From positions 1 to 35,577 of the IMG/VR virus record IMGVR_UViG_3300026546_000011: a stretch of 35,577 nt of DNA, one strand, 5' to 3'. A model generated the notes under the pieces. The model had not been told where the DNA came from. It did no database searches and saw only the letters and a program-made list of their open reading frames with translations. Each line of letters begins with the position of its first letter. Position 1 is the first letter of the stretch. Shown piece after piece: positions 19,701 to 27,189 of this stretch. Position numbers and translations under genes: made by a program. This DNA is from a virus. Its lineage: Duplodnaviria > Caudoviricetes.

Positions 19701-22178
19701 TTTTATAAAATTATTAGCACTTAATCTATAAGTTCTTAAATACTCACCCTTTGTAGTATCTTCTGGTAAATTATTATTTTTTAATATTTTCCCTCTCCAT
19801 TTTGGACTATCAAAATCTATTGATATCCATTTACTACAAATTGAAATTGATTCACCTAAATAAATAGCATTTAAATTATCTTTTCGTTGAACTGTTAAAA
19901 ACCCAAGTTTCTCTGGTATCATAATATGATAATAATTGTTTAACTTATTTTTGTTTAAAACACCAATATCTTCTAAAATTTCAATAAGAGCACTATGTAT
20001 AATTTTATTATTTGATACTATATATAAATCACCATTATTAGTTATAACACCTCTAACACTATCAGGAAAATTATACAAATTATCGGGATTTTTTACTATT
20101 ATAAGATTATTATATTTACCATATTCACCATTAAACACAATCTTATTTTTATCAGATTGATTAATTAAATTGTTTTTATATTTTTGTTCAAAATCATCAT
20201 CATCTTTAGATAAAGATTGTAATTTAGGGTTGTTTTTATAATATTTTTCCCAAGTACCCTCATTAAGATTAAATTGGTATGTATCAACAACCCTTTTTAA
20301 ACTAATTTTTATATTAGGGTGTTTTCTCTCAAAAATCGTTATAAATTCTTTATATAGTGGTATAACTTCTTGTTTAAAATGCATTAATGTTTTTACATCA
20401 GCATCCCCAACTTCTAAAACGTTTTCTTTATATGCTTTTATAACACTTATATAATCAGTAGGTTTCACATCCCATCTATTCCTATATTCAATATTCTTAA
20501 ATTCGGGAATATTTTCCTTTAAAATTTTAAATATTTCGATATGAATTAAATCAGGGGTTGAACAGATATATAAATCACCATTTTTTAATATAAAACCTCT
20601 TGTACCCCCCTCTAAATTATTAAAATTTTTAGGGTTTTTATAAATATAAAACGCTTCATGTTTAGGATCGAAATAAAACTCTCTAAAATCATTAATATCA
20701 CCCTTATAAACCACATCTGAAGATTCTTCATTTTTATTTATATTATAATATTTATTGGGATCTTGAGGTATTATCCCCTTCTTAGCATATATTTTATCAG
20801 CAATACCATACCCCCTATTATCTTCAACAACACTCCCAAATTCTAAATTATTAATATCACCTTGATTACAGGCATCCGAAGTATTACCTTTTCCCGCCAA
20901 TCTACATCTTTTTTTTACTGTAACAGTAGACGACCCTGGCATATATGATTTTTTTCTATCTTCATCAATATTTTTTAAAGATTTTAGATATTTAAAGAAT
21001 ATTTTTTTATCTATTGGGTTTTTTTCAAAATATTTGTAAAGATTGTTTTTTATTTTTTTAAAATCTGATAAATCACCATTAGATATTTTATTAAAAAAAT
21101 CACTAAAATCTTGTTTAAATATAACTTCTATAATAAATTTAAGACGATCAGAATCATCAATTTCATTATTTTCTTTAATTTTTATTGTATTTTTTTTATC
21201 TAAATTCGGTATTTCTGTTGAATATCCCATTGGTTTAGCAATATCAAATAATTTTAAAATATTATTTTTATAACCCAAATTATCCACATTTGCATAATCA
21301 TTATATCTACGTAAACCATAACCATCTAATTCAGTGTGAATATTCACCATACCAATCATAAAATTATATATATCTAATATTGGTATAGTATTATTAATTT
21401 GTTTTAATTTATTTAAATTATCATCAGATAAATTTAAATTATATTTTTTTAAATTTTCTTTAGAAATATCACCGTTTAAATACAAACTAATTATCTTTAA
21501 AAAATTTAAATAATTAAAAGCATTGGTTCTTAAAAAATTTCTATTAAAAAATTTTTTAATATATTTTATAAAATCAAATTTTTCGGTTAAATTTGATATA
21601 TTATTATACCCATCAATATATTTAATAAATAAATTTTTGGGTTTGTCTGGTATAAATTCTTCTAAAATAGCAAAAATAATTTCACCCTCATCTTCATTTA
21701 TTATTTTATAAACATCATAAATCCACGCTAAATAATATGGTTTTTCACCCTTTAATTTAATGGCTGCTTCAACCTCTGTTGGATCTGTTGTTATTTTTAA
21801 TATTTTATTATCATTAGTTTTATAAGCATAACCATTAGCACCACTGCCAATATAAACATTATCTGAAACTAAACTATATTTTTTTGGTAAAATTTCTGCA
21901 ATATTATCGGCATTTTCGCGATCTAAATGATATCTATCTAAAAAATATTTTTGATCATCTTCCATTAAAATTTGATGTTTAACAAAAAAATTTTTTATTT
22001 TATTATTAATTTTTTTATTTTTTTTAATTCTTTCAAATAAAATATATTCATCAGTTATATCATCTGGAACAGATAAAGGCGTTAAAGCCCAAAAAGAATG
22101 ACGTATTTCATTTCCATCATAAAAATCTTCAAAATTATCTGGTATATTTAAATCTAATAATTCATAAATTTTATACAT
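16767..22178 (-). CDS. 1803-aa multidomain polyprotein: protein-kinase-like domain, four repeats of an unknown domain, class II CCA-adding enzyme, C-terminal domain
   Basis: Kinase: IGSGANGYAY, ILKIT, DYANVDNLG, LKLFDI. Repeats: KNP...RG...NGD(L/V)Y...H, four copies. CCA: VGGIVRD...DLDI, RTE, DLKRRDFTINA, DPFNG, DDPLRMLRA. Confidence 0.85.
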   Translation of the reverse strand: MYKIYELLDLNIPDNFEDFYDGNEIRHSFWALTPLSVPDDITDEYILFERIKKNKKINNKIKNFFVKHQILMEDDQKYFLDRYHLDRENADNIAEILPKKYSLVSDNVYIGSGANGYAYKTNDNKILKITTDPTEVEAAIKLKGEKPYYLAWIYDVYKIINEDEGEIIFAILEEFIPDKPKNLFIKYIDGYNNISNLTEKFDFIKYIKKFFNRNFLRTNAFNYLNFLKIISLYLNGDISKENLKKYNLNLSDDNLNKLKQINNTIPILDIYNFMIGMVNIHTELDGYGLRRYNDYANVDNLGYKNNILKLFDIAKPMGYSTEIPNLDKKNTIKIKENNEIDDSDRLKFIIEVIFKQDFSDFFNKISNGDLSDFKKIKNNLYKYFEKNPIDKKIFFKYLKSLKNIDEDRKKSYMPGSSTVTVKKRCRLAGKGNTSDACNQGDINNLEFGSVVEDNRGYGIADKIYAKKGIIPQDPNKYYNINKNEESSDVVYKGDINDFREFYFDPKHEAFYIYKNPKNFNNLEGGTRGFILKNGDLYICSTPDLIHIEIFKILKENIPEFKNIEYRNRWDVKPTDYISVIKAYKENVLEVGDADVKTLMHFKQEVIPLYKEFITIFERKHPNIKISLKRVVDTYQFNLNEGTWEKYYKNNPKLQSLSKDDDDFEQKYKNNLINQSDKNKIVFNGEYGKYNNLIIVKNPDNLYNFPDSVRGVITNNGDLYIVSNNKIIHSALIEILEDIGVLNKNKLNNYYHIMIPEKLGFLTVQRKDNLNAIYLGESISICSKWISIDFDSPKWRGKILKNNNLPEDTTKGEYLRTYRLSANNFIKLSKTKNSNIDFKLECVKVYSEDSILDKIDDIEEGVADKFLAKKHPYQFTDPDDEFERDFQLTKAVERGDVEIFKMENGDELIKNPTSFSMLDRDVRGVILDNGDVYVLKNYSYNVIHADIISFLYDNNIITNKSSLYLGYIIYLPEKIGYLTIQRPGNLNIFMTGEGMVCSTYSFLKMEKNPDNKISIFNKNDIPNDTEIKEFKKICEKQIDSFINKARNKNPQLKFSSENIIDYSKYRGVFKYDVIDLKKRNYTAEGVGDKYLVNKYPHQFTDPDADLNKELAIQNNEIVGESNGVKIIKNPKNLKDLDSFIRGIVTLNGDLYVESEAKLTHFDLYNFLKDKHIIPTLNDDIYYNFEWIIPTIIGGISVIRLKDSNEFVLGASNIDYNNIRKDLDYPYIEMMNHIFKKLKIQKNFKNIDDLVIYFKNFLNEIKVIFAKAQIKNPKIKFSTKNIYSYHDVDNFGKVIYNENNIIDESVEYKLEDLPFKDDIEKNGGKIYSVGGIVRDEFLGKESKDLDILITGIPLEELSKILSKYGKVNNVGKQFGIIKFIPKGATEDIDIAIPRTEKPTGEGGHKGFEITSDHTLPIEDDLKRRDFTINAIAKDINGKYIDPFNGIEDLKNKIIRVVDPKAFADDPLRMLRAVQFASRFGFIIEPKTMRLIQKNAYKIKEIPGDRIITEFEKIVKKGNPYLGAKILIETNLYKEIFDSDLYIDQLNPGEFNNVNTISEFVFLLTKHNHKPLDFYKKNLRLDNKSVADIEAFILGFDNYKKNENPGYYRVLSHNMYLKSPRTLESKILPEELEKSSIDLLSGKYPKTVRELNINGGEVSKLLPNKRETGNILKKILINIYYDKINNNYDDILVFIKKIIPLNLNETKKRKKTKYIKTKESLLKSKNISKEMKENIFKYLGGGSKYIEGGRVHGLKIPKVKGKRFHGVSLGADKNGFYVYTHRAASKRYDSPEKIPQKSIDFIASTG
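18877..19604. repeat. 56-nt imperfect direct repeat (18877-18932 and 19549-19604) at the start of polyprotein repeats 4 and 3
   Basis: 48/56 nt identical by manual alignment; encodes EGVGDKYLVNKYPHQFTDP and EGVADKFLAKKHPYQFTDP. Confidence 0.85.
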
Positions 22179-22205
22179 AATAATTATTATATTATTATAT
22201 TCTTT

Positions 22206-22799
22206 TTATGTTTTCTTCTTTTTATATAGTTCTTTTAATGTTTTTAAAACAACATTTTTTACTATATCCTCATTTTCATTAATCACTTCCTTAATACGTT
22301 CACTCATAAAAATATTTACTATTGAATTTTTTAAAGCATTTTCAATTAAATGTTCAAAATTATCAGTTATAATTTTCTTAATTATTTCTTCATTAATCAT
22401 ACCTGATTGTTGAGGTAATGATGTTAATAATTCATTTTCATTTACAGATCCATATCTTTTTTTATTTAATAAATTATTACTTCTTTTTTCTATTTCCTCA
22501 TATAATAAACCATCTCTATCAACACTATTTTGTGTTTTTGTATTTTGAGGTATTTCAGTATTGTTAATAGTATGTCTAATATTCTCACCCTTTTTTTCAG
22601 CAACCTTATTATCAACCATTTTTACTAATTTAGATGCATGTGTTTCACGTCCTGAATTTAAAGATTCTAATAAACCATTTAAAAACTGATCTTTTGGTTG
22701 TAAATTTGTGTTATTTGCATCAATACCAATATTTGATTTAGTTTCTTTTCTTCTTTTTATCTCGTCTTTTAATTTATTTAAATTAATATTATCACTCAT
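22206..22799 (-). CDS. Hypothetical helical protein
   Basis: 197 aa, N/K/E-rich, within the late operon. Confidence 0.65.
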   Translation of the reverse strand: MSDNINLNKLKDEIKRRKETKSNIGIDANNTNLQPKDQFLNGLLESLNSGRETHASKLVKMVDNKVAEKKGENIRHTINNTEIPQNTKTQNSVDRDGLLYEEIEKRSNNLLNKKRYGSVNENELLTSLPQQSGMINEEIIKKIITDNFEHLIENALKNSIVNIFMSERIKEVINENEDIVKNVVLKTLKELYKKKKT

Positions 22800-22810
22800 A
22801 ATTATAAAAT

Positions 22811-23629
22811 TTATTTATTTATTTTATCATTTAAATCTTTTTCAATATTATTGAAAAAATCCGTTGGTATTGGTTTATTTTCAAGCACATATCTATTATA
22901 TAATTCTTGTAAATTACCGATAACAACATCTTCAGGTACATTATTAATTTCTAATCCACGTTTAGTCATTAAAACCATATCACCTTTATCATTTTGTACA
23001 ACCCAATAATTTCTTTTCGCTTTTTTTCTATATTTGGTAACTACATCTGATAAATATTCAATCTCATCTTTTGTTATAGATCTATTAATTTTTTCAGCAT
23101 GTTTAAAAAAATCGTCATATCTGCTAATTTTTTTATCATAATCTGTCTTATCTGGTGTTTCTTTACTAATTGACAATTCCACTTCAATATCCTTATCATT
23201 AGGGTTATATTTAACCCCATCATTAGTAATAAAAAATTCTTTAGGTTTAAACTCGTAACCAGTAGGATATATTGATTTAATTCCATCAATTCTAAATAAA
23301 CGCCATCCTGGTTGTATACCCCCTTTAGGACTTGATTGTTTTTCATGTCCTTGTCTTGGTATTCTATTTAACCCTTTATAACTATCAGAACTTCCAGCAT
23401 CCTGCCATGCTCTAACAACATAATTGCCCGTAGTTTTATGTTTACCATAAACAAATGGTCTGATAGTTCTATACCCCTTTAATATGGTATCATCCCCATC
23501 ATAATAAATAAATAATATTTTATGTTGTTTTATAGCCGTTTTTATATCATTTGGATTTACATTCTCAAATAATAAACGTTTCTTAAAACTTAAAATATTT
23601 TCAAATATTTTTTTTAATTCATTAACCAT
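22811..23629 (-). CDS. WYL-domain protein without an HTH
   Basis: IYYDG...GYRTIRPFVYG...VVRAWQ...GWRLFRIDGI matches the WYL SH3-like fold pattern. Confidence 0.75.
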   Translation of the reverse strand: MVNELKKIFENILSFKKRLLFENVNPNDIKTAIKQHKILFIYYDGDDTILKGYRTIRPFVYGKHKTTGNYVVRAWQDAGSSDSYKGLNRIPRQGHEKQSSPKGGIQPGWRLFRIDGIKSIYPTGYEFKPKEFFITNDGVKYNPNDKDIEVELSISKETPDKTDYDKKISRYDDFFKHAEKINRSITKDEIEYLSDVVTKYRKKAKRNYWVVQNDKGDMVLMTKRGLEINNVPEDVVIGNLQELYNRYVLENKPIPTDFFNNIEKDLNDKINK

Positions 23630-23868
23630 TATGCTTTACTACTATCATATTGATCGTTGGCATTATATTTATTTTTTACCATTGATTTTTGTCGTGTTTT
23701 TATATCAGTAAGACCACCAACAGAATCGTTTAATTCACCCTTCCCTTTTTCATCACCATCAGATAAAGCATTGGGATTTGAAATATTATATTCGTCATTA
23801 CTATTATAAGAATTACGTGTCATTTCACGCTTTCTAAATGCTACACTCATATCTTCTAATCTGCTCAT
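23629..23868 (-). CDS. Small hydrophilic protein with an internal repeat
   Basis: 79 aa; RNSYNSNDEY and KNKYNANDQY flank NALSDGDEKGKG; first gene after a late-type promoter. Confidence 0.7.
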   Translation of the reverse strand: MSRLEDMSVAFRKREMTRNSYNSNDEYNISNPNALSDGDEKGKGELNDSVGGLTDIKTRQKSMVKNKYNANDQYDSSKA

Positions 23869-23897
23869 TTTTTTTATATTAAAATATTGTTATTTTA

Positions 23898-23906
23898 TAT
23901 AAATAC
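23898..23906 (-). promoter_or_regulatory. Putative phage late promoter GTATTTATA
   Basis: + strand TATAAATAC, about 30 nt upstream of the ATG at 23868. Confidence 0.6.
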
Positions 23907-23910
23907 TACA

Positions 23911-24675
23911 TTAATCATAATTTTTAAATGCTAGATTAATATAATCTAATAAATTAGGAACGTGATCTAAAAATTTAATTTCTTGAGGTAAATACCAACC
24001 ATATGCAACATTTTCAATCATATCAAGTTTAACATTATCAATATCACTATCATATTTACAAACATATATATATTCAATATTATCTGCTGTACGTTGAATT
24101 ATATATCTATGTGAATATTTTGTTATCACTAAACCAGTTTCCTCTTTTATTTCACGATAACAAGCATCTATAGGTTCTTCACCTTTTTCAACACCACCAC
24201 CTACTAAAGACCATTTACTTGGTTGCCAATCGGCTTTATCACTTCTTTTAACTAATAAAATTTGACTATCTGGATTAACTATAATAGCGATTACATTTTT
24301 TTTAGCATCATTATCATCAAAAACAACATTTTCATTTAATTGTATTTCTTGATTTAAATCTTGTTTACCATCACCTTTAATTTTTCGTGAAATTTCAGTT
24401 CCCTTTCTATCCTGTGATAATTTTTGCTCTATAAACCCTCTCATTAAATTACCACCAGCTAATTCATATTCTTGTTTTTCATTTGAATTAATATTAAAAC
24501 TATCAAACATATTTTTTATACGTTTCATATCTTGGTAAGTAATTCTACCATTTTTTAAAATAAATTTTGCTCTTTTCACACCCTTACCTTGAGGATATAT
24601 TGTTAATTGCTTACTTATATATTCTAAAATTTCTTTGGGTATTATATATTCTTTATCATATAATTCACTATTCAT
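23911..24675 (-). CDS. Nudix hydrolase with an extra N-terminal domain
   Basis: Nudix box GGVEKGEEPIDACYREIKEETGL, preceded by ILLVKRS...WSLV. Confidence 0.9.
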   Translation of the reverse strand: MNSELYDKEYIIPKEILEYISKQLTIYPQGKGVKRAKFILKNGRITYQDMKRIKNMFDSFNINSNEKQEYELAGGNLMRGFIEQKLSQDRKGTEISRKIKGDGKQDLNQEIQLNENVVFDDNDAKKNVIAIIVNPDSQILLVKRSDKADWQPSKWSLVGGGVEKGEEPIDACYREIKEETGLVITKYSHRYIIQRTADNIEYIYVCKYDSDIDNVKLDMIENVAYGWYLPQEIKFLDHVPNLLDYINLAFKNYD

Positions 24676-24681
24676 AATTAA

Positions 24682-24742
24682 TTTATATTCTTTTACATAT
24701 AATTTTTATTATATATTATATTTTATATTCCATTACATATAA
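24682..24742. repeat. Intergenic 21-nt direct repeat with a 40-nt period
   Basis: TTTATATTCTTTTACATATAA (24682-24702) and TTTATATTCCATTACATATAA (24722-24742); 19/21 identical. Confidence 0.6.
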
Positions 24743-24746
24743 AATA

Positions 24747-25511
24747 TTACCACTGATATATGTTATATTGTAAACCTAAACCAATAACAAAAGATGGTTG
24801 ATTATTCATAAAATCATAACCTATTACTGCTGCAGGACCTATTCCAAAACCTGTAAACCAATGTTTCTTTTTAGGATATTTAACAAAAACACCACTCATA
24901 TTATTTATTTTTAAAGCGGGATGTTTTGTTAACACATAAACTTCAACACCATCTTTAGTATATCGTTGACCCCATATTAAATTAACAACACTTGACCTTT
25001 CCAACATTTCAGTTTTTTCATGTGTTATTGTTATTATATCATCATCACAATATGTTTTTATTGTAGTACTACCAATATAATGATCGAAATTATTATCGCC
25101 ATAATCATAAAATAATTTCCAGGGTATTTCCCATGTATTAGTGTCCTTTTTTACAGGCTCATACATTTGTGATTCTAAAGCATTTAAATATTGTCTTAAT
25201 TCAGTAGTATCTTGTTTTAAATTAAAAATAATATGATTTAACGTTATCACATCACCCTTAATTTTTTTCACTTCATTATATAATGAATCGTTACATTTTT
25301 TTAATTCCTTTTTATCTGCTTTATATGCTTTTGTTGTATATAATAATTCATTATTTTTTCGATGTAATAATATTGTTTTATCATCACTTATTTTCAAATT
25401 ATACTCACTAATTTTCAATTCTTTATGTAATTTGTTAATAACCCCTAATAAAGAAATTATTAATGCTACGATAAAAACAACACCCCATTTTATTTTTTTT
25501 AAATTATTCAT
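24747..25511 (-). CDS. Membrane-anchored coiled-coil protein with C-terminal amphipathic beta-strands (candidate single-chain spanin)
   Basis: N-terminal TM WGVVFIVALIISLLGVI, a coiled coil, and a C-terminus GFGIGPAAVIGYD...VIGLGLQYNIYQW ending in an aromatic residue. Confidence 0.6.
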   Translation of the reverse strand: MNNLKKIKWGVVFIVALIISLLGVINKLHKELKISEYNLKISDDKTILLHRKNNELLYTTKAYKADKKELKKCNDSLYNEVKKIKGDVITLNHIIFNLKQDTTELRQYLNALESQMYEPVKKDTNTWEIPWKLFYDYGDNNFDHYIGSTTIKTYCDDDIITITHEKTEMLERSSVVNLIWGQRYTKDGVEVYVLTKHPALKINNMSGVFVKYPKKKHWFTGFGIGPAAVIGYDFMNNQPSFVIGLGLQYNIYQW

Positions 25512-26127
25512 CTTCTAATAAATTTTTTAATTTAGAAACATTTTTTTTATCCATTTTATTAATTAAATCAGCAAGATGTTTTATTTTTTTATCTAAAACA
25601 TCCCTATCTTTAGATTTTTCTTTTGAAATATCTTTAGGATCGTCTTTTTTTTCTAATACTTTACCCTCAATAAAAGTATTTTCATCAATATTTTCTTTTA
25701 AAGTATTATTTAATTCATTTAAAGAATTTTCAATATACGGTTTTAAAAAATCTATAATCTCTTTAGCAGTATCGTTACAAAAATCTTTATTATCCTTTAA
25801 ATTGTTAAAGTCATTTTTTACTTTATTGGGTTTTTTTAAATAAGAAATTAAAACACTTTTTCTTTTATCATATAAAAATTTAGACAAATCATCAATTAAA
25901 TTATTATTACCCTTTTCCTCACTTTCAAAAAAAGGTAATAAACTAAAACCAAATCTTGCTAACATATCATATTTAAATGGTTGATGCCCCTTACCAGCAT
26001 TAAAATCAGTAGTATTTAATGCTTTACTATCTAAATTAGATCCGTTTGTTGGGTATTTATCATAACCTATTAATTCATCATTTGAATCTATTATTTCATC
26101 TAACATTTTTTTTGTTAATTTCGCCAT
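25504..26127 (-). CDS. Hypothetical late protein
   Basis: 207 aa; directly behind a late-type motif. Confidence 0.65.
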   Translation of the reverse strand: MAKLTKKMLDEIIDSNDELIGYDKYPTNGSNLDSKALNTTDFNAGKGHQPFKYDMLARFGFSLLPFFESEEKGNNNLIDDLSKFLYDKRKSVLISYLKKPNKVKNDFNNLKDNKDFCNDTAKEIIDFLKPYIENSLNELNNTLKENIDENTFIEGKVLEKKDDPKDISKEKSKDRDVLDKKIKHLADLINKMDKKNVSKLKNLLEDE

Positions 26128-26142
26128 AATATCATATTTTTA

Positions 26143-26151
26143 TATAAATAC
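26143..26151 (-). promoter_or_regulatory. Putative phage late promoter GTATTTATA
   Basis: + strand TATAAATAC, about 16 nt upstream of the ATG at 26127. Confidence 0.65.
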
Positions 26152-26165
26152 TGAATATTACTATA

Positions 26166-26546
26166 TTACCACCACAAACCATCAAATATTTCTGGGAATA
26201 CCTTTAACCCCTTTTTTATTTGTTTTTTCTCTTTTTCGGTAAAATTACGTTCACCATTATTACGTTCTAATAACTCTAATGCTCTTAAAAATTGTTTATG
26301 TTGTTTTTTTTCTTTTTTAGTAAATGCTATAACTTTATAAGATACTTTTATAAATCGTTTAAATCGTGGTAATATAAATTTCACTATTGTGTCTGTTAAA
26401 CTCCAAGTTTCAGAATCATCAAATCCACGTTTTAAACGTTGTTTTTTATGTTTTTTTTCCCTTTTATCATATTTACCTATTAAAGAAAAACAAATATTGG
26501 GTATTCCTAAATATTTAGGATCTTTATCACATTGATTATTATTCAT
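26166..26546 (-). CDS. Hypothetical phage protein
   Basis: 126 aa; RGFDDSETWSL...ILPRFKRF...FDGLWW. Confidence 0.7.
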   Translation of the reverse strand: MNNNQCDKDPKYLGIPNICFSLIGKYDKREKKHKKQRLKRGFDDSETWSLTDTIVKFILPRFKRFIKVSYKVIAFTKKEKKQHKQFLRALELLERNNGERNFTEKEKKQIKKGLKVFPEIFDGLWW

Positions 26547-26571
26547 ACTTAATATTTTTTTATTATATATA

Positions 26572-26602
26572 CAAAAGTAATAAAAATTTTAATAAACAAC
26601 AA
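26572..26602 (-). promoter_or_regulatory. Bacteroidota-type promoter (TTG-N20-TACTTTTG)
   Basis: -7 TACTTTTG at 26579-26572; TTG at 26602-26600 with a 20-nt spacer. Confidence 0.6.
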
Positions 26603-27188
26603 CTTTTTTATAAAAAAGACCCCTTTCGGTTTCTAATTCCAATATATAAAAACCCTTAAATGATTTTATATAAAAATTCGTTTTATGGGGGGATATTTTT
26701 TTTTGGGTACGCCCTTCAATACCTATTAATTTTAAATTTTCAACAGGTAATTTTGATGATATTATAATTTTACCATCTATAACTGTTAAATTTATATCAT
26801 TATTATCATCAATACGCATCATACTACTTGTCGCATAATCTTGATAATAATATTTGGTTACCCAACTTAAACTTTCAACACCTAAAGAATCATAATAATA
26901 CGAATAAATAGTATCACCAATATATTTATCTAAAAATAATAAAGTTCTTTCACCATTAGGATCTATTTTATAATAATATCTTTCATATGGTTCTTCATCC
27001 CATTGAAAATATAAAATCCAATTACCTAATGTATCTTTTTTATAAAAATATTGATCGCTATTATCAACACGTACTGTCTTATACTTAGCGACACCATCCA
27101 ATAGCATTATAATACTATCCGTTTGACTCTTTATAATTAATGAACCTAATAGAAATAAAATGATAAATAAAATCCTTTTCATAAACAT
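26589..27188 (-). CDS. Secreted protein with a signal peptide and a T9SS type-A-like C-terminal domain
   Basis: MKRILFIILFLLGSLIIKSQ signal peptide with Gln at +1; C-terminal LKLIGIEGR...KGFYILELETERGLFYKKVVVY. Confidence 0.65.
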   Translation of the reverse strand: MFMKRILFIILFLLGSLIIKSQTDSIIMLLDGVAKYKTVRVDNSDQYFYKKDTLGNWILYFQWDEEPYERYYYKIDPNGERTLLFLDKYIGDTIYSYYYDSLGVESLSWVTKYYYQDYATSSMMRIDDNNDINLTVIDGKIIISSKLPVENLKLIGIEGRTQKKISPHKTNFYIKSFKGFYILELETERGLFYKKVVVY

Positions 27189-27189
27189 A

